From the NCBI GenBank assembly GCA_026770705.1, contig JANJGN010000026.1:32550001-32614000 (forward strand): a stretch of DNA of 64,000 nucleotides. Direction: 5' to 3'. Made by a program: the position numbers and the translations under genes. Positions 24,425 to 37,020 of this stretch are shown here, in pieces. The notes beneath the pieces were generated by a model. That model searched no databases and had not been told where the DNA came from. It was given only the letters and a program-made list of their open reading frames with translations. The DNA comes from Isurus oxyrinchus (lineage: Eukaryota). How positions within the stretch are numbered: the first letter of the stretch is position 1; every line of letters starts with the position of its first letter.

Positions 24425-24794
24425 GCACCCACTCTCTGTTCAGTGCTGCCTCTCAATATTCACTTCAAATATACATTTAATTCTGGTCTAGTTTAGCATT
24501 TATGCAGCAATTTACAAAACTCAATGAACAGTGATCCCCTCCAAGTGTCAGACATATTAAAATGAACATTATATCCAGGTCTGTAATTGCGGAAACTGTT
24601 AACAGTAAATATAAAAACAACCAAAAGCTCAGCCCATTATATCAATTGGTTTGTTAGGTTTTACTGTTAAATTTGCTGTTTTACTTTTGTCAGAAGCGAC
24701 TTGTTGTCGGGTTCTGATCATTACAGTTAATATTACATTTAAAACAAGTACTGACCGTCAGGTTACGATGGAAGATTTTGAGTTCCTCTCGATT

Positions 24795-24833
24795 TGTTCT
24801 TGTTCGGGTCCAGCCCAGGATCCTCTCGCTGTG
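24795..24833 (-). other. VH 23-RSS
   Basis: CACAGCG - 23 nt - ACAAGAACA directly after V coding end. Confidence 0.93.
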
Positions 24834-25138
24834 GTCTCTTGCACAGTAATAGATGGCGGTGTCTTCAGTCTTCAGGTTCGTCATGTCCAAGGAGAAGATG
24901 TTCCTTGAAGTGTCTTTGGACGCAGTAAATCGATTCTTAATTGCTGGGGCGTAGTAGTTGCTGGATGAACTATAGTAGTAAAGCAGCCACTCCAACCCCT
25001 GTCCGGGAACCTGTCGGACCCAGTTCATGTAGTAGCTGCCAAGATCGAAGCCGCTGGTTTTACAGGTCAGTGTCAGGGAGCCTCCGGGACGCCCGGTGTC
25101 TGCCTCTGGCTGAGTCAACACAACATCCGACTGGACAC
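24834..25138 (-). CDS. IGHV: VH gene segment exon
   Basis: ttttacag acceptor; (R)[25 protein letters not shown]...[12 protein letters not shown]...[11 protein letters not shown], open frame with both Cys and Trp. Confidence 0.97.
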
Positions 25139-25264
25139 CTGTAAAAATATATCAAAAACCCCGAGGATTAATCCTGGTGAAATGATTCCTGACTCTCACA
25201 TTCCAGAGAGAGACTAACACTGAGACAGTGACAGTGAGAGACTTGGACAATAAAAACTACTCAC

Positions 25265-25310
25265 GGGATAAGAAAGTCAGCAACAAACTGAGAGAAATCG
25301 CCGACCTCAT
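25265..25310 (-). CDS. IGHV: IgH leader (signal peptide) exon
   Basis: ATG at 25310, MRSAISLSLLLTFLS plus 1 nt, then gtgagt donor; 126-bp intron to V exon. Confidence 0.93.
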
Positions 25311-25400
25311 CCTCCTGGTCATTTGGGGAAATGGTTCTGTCCGGAACTCAGTGAACAAACCAACTCCCGGACTGTTGGATTCCGGCCCCAGAGAGCGGCA

Positions 25401-25495
25401 TTTAAATACCCGGCAGAAGGGGGCGGATTCCAGGCGCCGCCTGTTGATTCTCTGGTGGAGGCGGCGACTGGATCCACGCCCCACCTTCCACATCC
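25401..25495 (-). promoter_or_regulatory. VH promoter: TATA-like TATTTAAA plus GC/GT boxes
   Basis: TATTTAAA ~90 bp upstream of ATG (25401-25408); GGGCGG at 25421; CCACGCCCC near 25475; no ATGCAAAT octamer seen in the ~600 bp upstream. Confidence 0.55.
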
Positions 25496-28379
25496 CCAAC
25501 AGAATGGACTCAGATATTTACAATAGGTTATTGTTAAAAGTGGACATTTTATCTGTAACGGGATATTTGGCTGAATGGATTCATTGGAATGTATCCATTT
25601 GTTCTAATGGTGAAATTGCAGTTGAGCATCTATTAATAAAAATCTCATTCCATTGTAAAGTAAATCCATTTATTTCTACAGTACTTCCCAAGAGGTTGAA
25701 CCTAAAAAATTAAATTACATTATCAGGGAATAAAGGTCAGTCTGTTTTGCAGCAACCCCGGGTCTATATCTCACTACAATAATTAAGCGTCATCAGTCAT
25801 AGGAATTATTATTGATTTATGTAACTAAATGCAGGGGATGAACAAAGTGATTCTATTTACAGCCAGGGGGGCTATCGCTGTACAATTTGGGTCCGAAGAT
25901 AAGAAGAATTTCCTCACATTATACAATGCCTGTCCTTGAATTTCTCGATCTGCCCCTGACCCGAAGACAGCCCTCTGAAAATTAGCGATAAAAGAAGCCC
26001 GCCTGCCTGATAATTCAACAGTAAGGTTACAGAGAAACGTAAAATTTGATAAAGAAGTTAGTGAATCAGAACAAACACGGAGATCAGAAAAATTATCCTT
26101 CAGCATCCAAATCAGTGCAGCTAATTTTATTGACCTCCTACTATCTACCATTCACTGGTATTGGGAACACAGGATATCAAAGCTTTGCGGCATATTACAC
26201 AATATCACAAGAATAAATGTTTTATCTTCCACTGAAGCGGGTCATGAACTGGTCATTTCTCCACTCATTGGCAGCTATGAGAGGGACTGTTAAATAATCG
26301 AAATCAGCACAAATTAAACTGTAAAGTTCACGGTGCTAATGAGGTATAAGAGATCCCTCTGGTTAAATGAGGTGCACAACTGGGAGAATACTCAAGGAAT
26401 TCCTGCAGGTTCAAGACAATTCTATGATTTTCTTTCAATTTAATTTCTTTTAATTTTTTGTCATTCTACTCAGCTCATTAGACTGGGGGATTGGGATCAT
26501 CAACATCGCTCTCTCGCACTCCATGAAGTTCATAATCAACCGGCTTTAATAACTGGAATGCCCTTTCTTTTTTAGAAATAATATAAACTAAGTAATATCT
26601 GATGAATTTAATATTTTCTGATCGAGTTCAATCTCACAGTGAACAGGGCAATCATTCAAATATTTCCTTAGATGAAATACCATTTAAAAATGTGTCTTTC
26701 GTGTGGGAGAGAAACATTTCTTGTTTGAATGGCTAAATCCCATTTTGTTGATTCATACCCAGGCTAATCTGCCCCACGCAGTATTTGGCAGCAAGCCAGC
26801 CGCCTGCAGTCAGGGAGGCTCGAATGTCCGATGTTGTTTACAGGAAGCATCAGGGAGTTTGTGCAGTTAATGAAAGATCTGTTTCCTCAGTACTGACCGC
26901 TTGGCTGCAAGCCAACTTCAAACCGTTAATATTGTCAACATGGCCTATTCATAACAAATCTACCCAGCAACAACACTGGAGTCAGCTTTATTTATTAAAT
27001 TTTGAATTTATGTGAACTGTTCCCATCTCTCAGGAAAGAAAAATTATCTAGCTTCTCTGACACCCTGTTAGCATTAATGGCTCATTGGAGGATCTCTCCA
27101 ACACATCATAATATTGTGATGGATGAATGGATGGAAAGAATTACAGGCAGACTATCAGAAAGGACTCAGAGAGAGGATACATTTTGTCACAGTCAAACAT
27201 ATACATTTGTGTGATTTTTTTTGCCCCTTTGCTCTTTCACAGGATGTGGGAGTCACTGGCAAGGCCAGCATTTGTTGCCTGTCCCTAATTGCCTTTGAAC
27301 TGAGTGCCTTGCTCGGCCATTTCAGAGGGCAGTTAGAGTCCATCATGTTGCTGTGGATCTGGAGTCACATGTAGGCCAGACTAGGTACAGTGGCAGATTT
27401 CCTTTCCTGAAGGACATTAGTGAATCAGATGAGTTTTTTTTCCACAATCGATGGTAGTTTCCCAGTTTCCTTCAATGGACCAGCTTTCAATCCCAGATTT
27501 ATTATTGAATTTAAATTCCACGAGCTGCCATGGTGGGATTTGAATTCGTGTCTTTGTTACTTATCCAGTGACATTAATACAACACAACCGTCTGCCAAAG
27601 AATGGAGGGATGATTGCAGTGATGCAGGAATGAATGGTAATTGGATGTCTGGATATTTTGATTAAAGAATCAATGAATGGGTTGACCAATCTATCTATTG
27701 GCAAGCCTGAAAAACGCTGTTCTACCTTCCCATCTTGGTGCATGACTACTTTATATCTTGAAGCAGGTTCAGTATTTCATTTGTGTCAGTCTAATACATT
27801 CAGTCCCTCCAGACTGTCTGGATGTATTCCATTCCCAGGCTAACGAGCTAATGTCACAAGAGAAGGCTGGAGATGTCCCTGCAGTACCGATGATACTTCC
27901 CTGCTGAGGGTGAATCATCATCTTTCAGACAGAAAGCGGGTACATAATTCGGTTTAGGATGGAGGATTGTAATATTTGAAATATGTGGTCCTTGCATGTA
28001 CAACAAAACATTCAACACATCCTCACCCAAATTAGTGAAGGTAACAGACATTACTCACTGGAGAGCCGCATTAACTTACAGTCAGGTCCAGGTAGTTTTA
28101 TTTATACCATCACTTTACAAACCCTCACACACTGCAGTTACATATCAGGAGTTTCTGTGTGATGATGAGGTGATTACTAGTCAATAAAGTGCAGAGGCTG
28201 CTGGGTAGCTGCTCATTACCCTCGGTCTGATTTAATTCCATTTCCCACTGAATTCTGGGGCAGATATGATCCCTTACTGACAGAATGGTCAATGTGACCT
28301 CAGTCAACGTTAATGATATTAAATGAATCGCAATTACATTTTGTATGGAATAAAATGCTGAAAGTGATTGGTTCATGCA

Positions 28380-28670
28380 ATTATTAATCTTTGTGAATGG
28401 ATGATAATTTCTGAATATAATTATTTGTCCTGTGAATAGATTGTAATTGGTGAATATAATTATTTATCTTTGTGGGTTGATGATAATTGGTGAATATAAT
28501 TATTTATCTTTGTGAATTGATGATAGTTAGTGAATGTCATTATTTATCTTTGTGAATTGTTGTCAACTGATGAAAATACTTATTTATCTTTGCAAATTGA
28601 TGATAATTCTTGAATATAATTATTTACCTTCGTGAATTGATAATGGTTGGTGTTGATAATTATTTATCTT
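28380..28670. repeat. ~40-bp AT-rich minisatellite (~7 copies)
   Basis: aattatttatctttgtgaattgatgataattggtgaatat unit. Confidence 0.88.
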
Positions 28671-28689
28671 TCTCAGCCTCTACGACCTT

Positions 28690-30240
28690 CTTCTCTGTTG
28701 AAAGATAAGATCCGTTGCACAGAAGGTGGATGATGCAAAAATCACCACACTATCTGAAAACAAAGCTGACAGGTGAGACTGCAACAACTACAGGGACATC
28801 TCACTCACAGAGTCACGGAGAAGGCCATTCCTCGGGTCATGCTTTAAAGACTTCATCTGGTTTCAGGCTGAAGCACAGTGTGATGTTTGTGTCAGAAGAT
28901 ATACTCTGGACATGATTCACTCCATACGCTCGACACCGTCAGCAGAGCACCACTCTAGAAGATTTTTGGGAAAACTGGCTGTTCACCAAAGCTCCCCAGT
29001 CTCATCCACTCCTTCCATGACAACATGCACTGCACTGTACAGATTGATGATTCCACTTCCGACAGATTCGGAGTGAAGAATGGAGTGAAACAGGCCTTTG
29101 TCCAACCCCCACTTTTTTGGGCACCTTTTTCATACAGCTGATCTTTGTCTTCCCTGTCGATATGGAAGGAGTCGACTTACACACTTGATCAGACCGCAAG
29201 CTCCACAATCTATAAGACAGAAAGCGAAGATATAAACACATTGAATCCTGATCAGAGAATTCCTCCACGCTGATAACTCTGTCATCAAAATGGAAACTTA
29301 TCCACAAAGACTGATGAACTGACTGTCCCATGCCTGTAACTTGTTCTCCCTGACTTTAAGCATGGAGAAAACCGTGGACATGGGAAAAGGTGTTGCATTT
29401 CTGTCATTGATCACACTAAATAACAACCGGATGGAAGTAAATTCCACTCGCTGGGTTCCAAGGTGACAGGCAGCCTGTTCCTTGATGGAGAACTTATTAC
29501 CCACATGGGGAAAGCAGCTGCCACCTTTGCCTGACTCATGAAACGCCCATGGAATAACATCAAACTGACCCTTAGGACCAAGCTGATGGTTTATAAGGCC
29601 TGTGTACTCAGCACCTTGTTGAATGGCTGTGAAACATGGGCGATTACAGTTGTCAAGTAAAGAAGCTCCACAATTTCCATCTTCAATACCTGCTGCACAT
29701 TATGGGTATGTACTGGCAGGATAAAGTCACGAATGCAGTGATACTCTCAAAGGCAGAGCTCCCAAGGCTGAAGAACTCATCAAACAGAAGCGGTTTTTGT
29801 GGCTTGGGAACGTTCACAGGATGGAAGATGGTCACATACACAAGGACTTTCTGTTTGGTGAGGGAGCTGGAGGCAGGCAACCAGTGGGACGCCCAAAACT
29901 CCACTTCAAGGCTGCTTGAAGTGAAGGCCCTAAACATTGATTATCGTAACTGAGTGTAACTAACTGACAACTGAGGAAAATGGTGACTCCTCCTGTGGAT
30001 TGGCGTGAATCACCACGATGACCAGCAGCTAAAGTGGCTTGGAAATCGAGGTCAACACCGGGAAAAACAACAAGCCACAACGACACTTTGTAGCTTCATG
30101 TGCAGCACTTGTGGCAGAGCCTGCTCACAACAATTGGCCTCCTTAGCAATCAGCACATCTGAAATGGGTTTGTTTCCATTGTGTGTCTGTGACCTTTCAT
30201 AGATGGAAGGCTGTCCAGGATCATCGTGAAATTCAGTTGC
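28690..30240 (+). mobile_element. Decayed RTE-clade LINE
   Basis: LRTKLMVYKACVLSTLLNGCETW, HIMGMYWQDKVTN and C-terminal CSTCGRAC remnants across frameshifts. Confidence 0.75.
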
Positions 30241-32149
30241 AAACAATGTGATGTGCTTCTCGCTCTTTCTCTCCCTCCCAATCTCCCTCACACACACAGA
30301 CCAACTTAAGATGCCACCTTGACTTCCTGAGAGGCTCCATAGGCCTTAACTATTGAAGAAAATGACCCTAACTGTCTATCAGGTGGTATCATGAACGAAT
30401 AATCTCTCCCTAACACTATGTTTGTTGAGGTGGATATTAAAGCTCCCGCAGTCTCTATACAGCTCCTTGGTCAACATCCCTCCCTTTAATCAAGATGAAC
30501 AAAGTTACATCACCAGGAATTGGGCCACTTTACTCTGGTGCTGACTTTAACGTGCGCTAATCAACCACGTTCATCTGCAATTATTTGAATTTTGTTAAAT
30601 TTTGACACCTCCTGCAGAAGGCGATGTGATACTACATTTGGGGAAGCGGATTCTTGATACAATAATGTCAAAGATCTAACCTGACAGCGACATTTTCACA
30701 GTAGCTGCAATTGCAAAGCTTGGCCAGCAGATGGATGTGAAATCTTGACTGATACATTGCATGAAACAAGCATTGTCTCAGTTAGTACTGCACTGGACCC
30801 TGTCTCTGTCTTTTAAAATTGGACTCCAACTATTTTTATGTTAGACCAAACACTGTCTCTCTTTATATTTCAATGTACCCTGTTTCAATTAATACTGCAC
30901 CAGTCAATACCAATATTTATATCACACAGTCTGGAAGTTCCCAATTCAAACCGATCGGATTTACCTCTGCAGTCCTGTCACATCCAGTTGTAAATGGTGG
31001 TGGACAAGTAAACAAGTAACTGCAGAATGGGGTCCACAAAGCTGTGGGTTTGGAGTTAGATGTATGGGAGGTGGTGATGTGCTGGCATTCTCATTGGGCT
31101 AGCAAATCGCTGGGAGTCTGCGTTTGAATCCCACCACGCCAGATGGTGAAATTTGAATCGAAAAATCTAATGATGATCATGAAACCATTGTCATAAAAAC
31201 TCATCCTAACAAGCCACACTGTTCTCAAGGTGGTAATTAAGGATAGGCAATAAATGCTGGCCCAGTCAGCGCCGCCCCCATTCTCATGAACGAACAAAAA
31301 AATATGTAGTCCAGACTGGGTAAGGACGGCAGATTTCCTTCCCTAAAGGGCATCAGTGAACCAGGTGGATGTTTAATATAATTGATTATGGTTTCATGGT
31401 CACCATTGTTGAGACGAGCTTTCAATTCCAGATTTATTAATTGAATTTGGATTGCACTTGCTGCCATAACGGGATTCAAATCCCTATTCCCAGGGAAAAA
31501 ACCTGGATCTCTGGGTTACTGATCCAGTGAAGTTCCCACTGCACGATCGTCCATCCCATATTATACAGGATCCTAGTTTGATTATTAATTCCCTGGGAAC
31601 TACTTTATTTCTATTGTGCTGGATCAGGCCTCTGTGTGTATTAAAATAGACCCAATCTCATTAATGTTCCACTGGAAGCCATCTCAGTTTGTATTGCACT
31701 GGATTCTTTCTCTGTTTATATTACACTAGGCTCTGTCTCTGTTTATGTTATATTAAATCTTGACTATGTCTACATTATAGTGGTCATTGTAACTATGACA
31801 CTAGGCTCTGTTTTTGAAGAAGAGGCATATGGACTCGAAACATTAACTCTGTTTCTCTCTCCACAGATGCTGTCCAACCTGCTGAGTTTGTCCAGCATTT
31901 TCTGTCTTAATTTCAGATTTCCAGCACTTGCAGGATTTTGCTTTTATCTATGCCTCTGTTTAAATTAGAGCTTCATGACTCCATGTTTCTGTGAGATGGA
32001 GAGATAATATTATAATAAAGACATTAGGCTAGAAATCGGTATCTGACAAGATGGTATCGGATCAGCCGTATATGCTACACAGCACTTGATATTCATTTTC
32101 AGCGCAGTCAGCAGAATTAGATTTCAGATATCCCTTCTTTTCCGGCGCC

Positions 32150-34620
32150 AAAGGCCAAGTTCCCACTTTTGGAGTGTTATGTGTAGGAGGATGCAGGGTA
32201 TTTTGTTCCCATGTGCTTGTTGCCCTTGTTATTCTGGGAGGTGGAAGTCACAGGTATGGAAGGTGTTGTTGAAGAGGCCTTGGCGAGTTGCTGCAGTGCA
32301 TCTTGTGGATAACACACACTGCAGCCACTGTGTATCGGTGGTGAAGGAAATGAATGTTTAATTCCTGGATGAGGAGCCTATCAAGGGGTTGATTTCCCCT
32401 GGTTGGTGTGGAGGTTCTTGAGTGTTGCTGCAGTTACATTTGTCAAGGAAAGTAAACAATTTCCAACAGGCATCTGACTTGCAGATTTGCAGATGGTGGA
32501 AAGGCTTCAGGGAATCCGGAGGTGAGTCATTCGCCACAGCATTCCCAGCCTCTGACCTACTCTTGTACCCACAGTATTTATATGGCTGGTCCAGTTCAGT
32601 TTCTGTTCAATGGCACCTGCACAACGTTGATGGTAGGTTTCAGCGACGGTTATGTCTTTTGAACGTCAAGGGGAGATGTTTGGTTTCTCTATTGTTGGAG
32701 TTGGTCATTGCCTGGCACTTGAGTGCCGCTTATATCACTTGCAACTTATCAGCTCAAACTTGTCCAGTTCGAGATGAAATAAGTAAGGACGGTTTCATTA
32801 TCTGATAGGTCATAAATGGAACTGAACACTGTGCAAATATGAGCGAACATCCCCACTCCTGACCCAGTGATGAAGGGAAGGTCATTGATTAAGCTGCTGA
32901 AGATGGTTGGACCAAGGACATTTCTCTGAGGGTCTCCTGGAATGATGTCCTGGTGCTGAGATGATTGGTCTCCAACAACACAACATCTTCTTATGTGCTA
33001 GGTGTGACTCCAGCCAGTGGAGAGACTTGCCCCTGATTCCCGTTGACCTGACACTTTCCAAGGCTTCCTGATGCCACATTCAGTCAATAGCTACTTTGAC
33101 ATCAAATACTGAAGCACTCATTCATCTTGTCTGGAAGTCCGCTCTCTTGTCCATGTTCAGACCAAGTTTGCAATGAGCTTTGATGCTGGCTGATCCTAGT
33201 GGATCCAGTCTGAGCTTTGGCGAGCATGTCAGCGACACCTTCAGTCACTTTACTGATGATTGAGAGTAGACTGACTGAGCTGCAAGGAGACAGACCTGAT
33301 CTGTTGTCCATTATGTACAATGTTCTAGCTTCACGCTATCGTTCATCATTTTTGGGTATGCCTGGCTTTGCTTCTGACCTGCTGGCCTACATTCCTCATT
33401 GTTCCCAGGCTGGATTTTAGACTCATAGACGTTTACAGCACAGATGGAGGCCATTCAGCCCATCATTTCCCGTCCCAGTAAACAAAGATCTGAGTACACT
33501 AATCCCATTTTCCCGCACTTGGCTCATAGCCCTGGAGGCTATGGCAGCTTAAGTGAACATTTTAATCCATCTTAAATGTTGCTAGAGTTTCTGACTCAAC
33601 AACCTTTTCAGGCAGTGAGTTCCAAATTCCTACCACCCTCTGGGTGAAAAAGATTCTCCTCAACTCACCTCTTAGCCTTCTACCTCGTATCTAAAATCTC
33701 TGCTCTCTGGTTTCTGACCCCTCTACTAATGGAAAAGGTGCCTTACTATCCACCCTATCTATGCCCCTCAGCACCCCCTCAACTATCATTGCTCCAAGGA
33801 AAACAGCCCCAGCCTATCCAATCTTTCCTCATAGCTCAGACCCTCCAGCCCAATAAGCATCCTGGTAAATCTCCTCTGCACTCTTTCCAGTGCAGTCATA
33901 TACTTCCTACAAATATGGTGACCAGAACTTCACGCAGTGCTCCAGTTGAGGCCTAACCAACGTTTGATACAGTTCCAGCATAACCTCCCTGCTCTTGTGT
34001 TTTATGCCTCAACTAATAAAGGCAAGTAACCCATATGCCTTCTTAACCACCTCATCTACATGCCCTGCTACCTTCAGGAATCTGTGGATAGGCACACGAA
34101 GGTTTGAGTGAGGGATATTCTGGTCCATGAGATTACAGGGTGTGATTGAATGCAACTCTCCTGCTGTTAATGACCAACAGTATCTCGTTGATGCTAAGTT
34201 TTGAGCTGCTAGATCTGTTCTGAATGTATCCCATTTAGCACAGCGGCAGTGCCGCACAACACAATGGAGAATGTGCTCAGTGTGAATACCGGCCTTGGTT
34301 TCCACAAGGACAGTGCAGGGATCAATCACATCGATGTCAATAGTGTGATGGGCGGAGATCAGGTAAGGCTTTCCCTCGTGTTGGCTCTCTAACCATCTGT
34401 GGCAGGTCCATTCTGGCTGATACGTCATTCAGGACTCATCCAGCTCCGGCATTTGTGGTCTTGTCACATGGTAATTGATTTTGCAAATTCTCAGCACATT
34501 CATTGCCCTTGCTACCCTCAGTGTTTCTTCCACGCAGTGCTAAAGATGAAGGAGTACAGATTCATCAGCTGAGGGAAGGCAATAGGTGGTAATCACCAGG
34601 AGGTATCTCCACCCATATCT
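32150..34620 (-). mobile_element. Decayed non-LTR retrotransposon with a nested CR1 3' end (~33420-34090)
   Basis: Minus-strand RT/endonuclease remnants (GIRGKSLHWLESHL; LLKVAGHVDEVVKKAYGLLAFI-like); related to 57530-59250. Confidence 0.7.
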
Positions 34621-35239
34621 TATCTGGTTCTGTGGGACTTCAATATGGTGTCAATATTGCTGCTCTCCACGTTGTCTCTGTTCATATTACACTCAGCCTG
34701 TCTCATTGTTACTGCTCTAGTCCATGTTTCTGTTTCTGTTTCTGTAATACGAGAGCCTGTCTCAGTATTGCTGCTCTCCACCATGCCTCTGTTCAAACTA
34801 CACTGGGCCTGTCTCACTGTTACTGCTGTAGTCCATGTTTCTGGTTCTGTAACACTGGACTCTGTCTCAGTTATTGCTGCTCTCCATTGTTCATATTTTA
34901 CTGGGCCTGTCTCATTGTTACTGTCCTAGTCCATGTTTCTGTTTCTGTAACATTAGGTCCTGTCTCAGTTATTTATCTAATTGTCCTCTGTTTATATTAC
35001 ATTAGTATATTCCCTTACTTTATTTCATAAGACCCTGGAAATAGGAGTTAAATGGTTGAATTTAAACAGCTGCAAGATAGGAGAGGTCTGCAGATCATGA
35101 ACACAAATCTGGGATGTAGTGAGGACAAGTCAAATCATCTAAATAGGCACCCATGTTAATTATTCCCACCATCTTGCTGCCTTATCTTTACTATTTCCAC
35201 CCCAGCCAATTTCCACATTATTGCGCTTGTGCAGTGCAG

Positions 35240-36020
35240 TAATAACTGAGGCAGGGTCTATTGTAATTTAAATACAGATATGATCCAGCACATAAATGAA
35301 ACAGCGTCTACTGAAATACAGAGACAGTTCTAGATTAATATATACAGAGACAGGTCAATTATAATATAAACAGAGACAGGGCCTTGTGTATTTGAAGCAA
35401 AGACAGGGTCTAGAGTAATATAAACAGAAACAGGATTCAGTATAATATAGAGACAGGGTCTAGTGTATTATAAACATACAGGACCCAGTTAATATAAACA
35501 GGGGCAAGGCCTAGTGCAATATAAACAGAGACCGGTTCTAATGTAATATAAACAGAGACAGTGTCTAGTGCAAAATAAACAGAGACATGTCGAGTCTAAT
35601 ATTAACAGAGAAATGCCAAGTGTAATATAAACAGCGACATATCAAGTGCAATACAAACAGGGGCAGGGCCTAGTATAATATAAACAGAGACAAGGCCTAA
35701 TGTAATGTAAACCGAGACAGGGATCAGTGTAACATAAACAGAAACAGGGTCTAGTGTAATATAAACAGGGGCAGGGCCGAGTGCAATATAAACAGAGACA
35801 GTGTCTCATGCAATATAAACAGAGACATGTCGAATATAATACAAATTGACATGTTGATTGTCATATAAACAGGGACAGGGCCTAGTGCAATATAAAGAGA
35901 GACATGTCGAGTGCAATAGAAACAGGGACAGGGCCTAGTGTAATACAAAGAGAGGCAGGGTCGACTGTAAAAAAAACAGAGACTGGGTCTGGTCGAATGC
36001 AATATTGAGACAGGGTCTAC
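35240..36020 (-). repeat. 27-bp satellite, inverse orientation to the main array
   Basis: gtaatataaacagagacagggtctagt units. Confidence 0.88.
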
Positions 36021-37020
36021 TGTCCCATCAAACACTCCCAGGACAGATGCAGCATGGGGCTAGGCACAGAATTTAAAGCTACCTCTACATTGTCACATTG
36101 AACACTCCCAGGGAAGATACAGCACGGGTTAGAGAGTGGAAAACTCCCTCGACCCTGTCAACATGAAACACTCTCAGGGCAGATATAGCAAGATACGGTT
36201 AGACATGGTCTAGTGTAATTCAGAGACAAGGCCCACGGCTCTATAAAACAGCCCCAGGGCAGGTGTAGCATGGGGCTACATTAATAATGTAAAGTTCCCT
36301 CTACATTGCCACATGAAATTCTCCCAATGCAGGTATAGCATGGGTTAGATTCAGTGTGAATCTCCCTCGACACTGTCGCCATCAAACATTTCCAGGACAG
36401 GTGCAGCACAGTTCAGAAACAGGGTAAAACTTCCTCTACATTGTCCGCTCAAACACAGTTGAGGCATGTAGGGTAAGGGTTCTATGTAGTGTGAAGTTTC
36501 CTCTGCACTCTTCATCAGACGTTTCCCAGGCAGCTCGGCACTGGGGGCAGGTAAAGAGGAAAGCTGCCTCTGCGCCATCACATCAGATATTTCCAGGGCT
36601 TAGATAGGGGCAAATCCCCTTTTATAGTATCTACAGCCATGTCAAATATAACATGGTTAAATGCAGAGTAAAGCTCCCTCTAAATGGCCCTATCAATTAC
36701 TCCCAGGCCAGGTATAGCACAGTTTAGAAACAGAGTAAATACCCTCTACACAGTCATATCAAATACTCCCAGGGCAGTCACAGTGCAGGTTAGGTGCAAA
36801 GTAAAGCTCCCTCTACACTGTCCCATCAGACACTCCAAAGGCAGGAACAGCACGGGTTAGATACAGGGAAAGTTTCTTCGGCAGGGCCACATCAAATCTA
36901 CGCTCCTGGCTGCAACACAGGTTAGATACAGAGTAAAGTTTCATCTGCAGTTACCCACCAAGCACTCTCAAGTCAGTGAATGCTCAAAACAGATTTAGAA
37001 TAAAGTTCCCTCTACAGATT
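36020..37020. repeat. ~67-bp degenerate tandem repeat
   Basis: tcccatcaaacactcccagg...cagcacgggttagatacagagtaaagctccctctacac units; remnants also at ~19500 and ~20220. Confidence 0.85.

Larger units (their letters stand above)
5388..25310 (-). other. IGHM: Complete cluster-type IgM heavy-chain locus (L-V-D1-D2-J-CH1-4-sec-TM1-TM2), germline unrearranged
   Basis: All segments found in order with in-phase GT-AG junctions and RSSs; V-D-D-J packed within ~1.6 kb, the organisation typical of elasmobranch Ig clusters. Confidence 0.96.

Noticed and set aside
5388-25310. IgW, IgNAR or germline-joined cluster
   Set aside because: Four mu-type CH exons with IgM tailpiece, conventional VH, and separate V, D, D, J with intact RSSs
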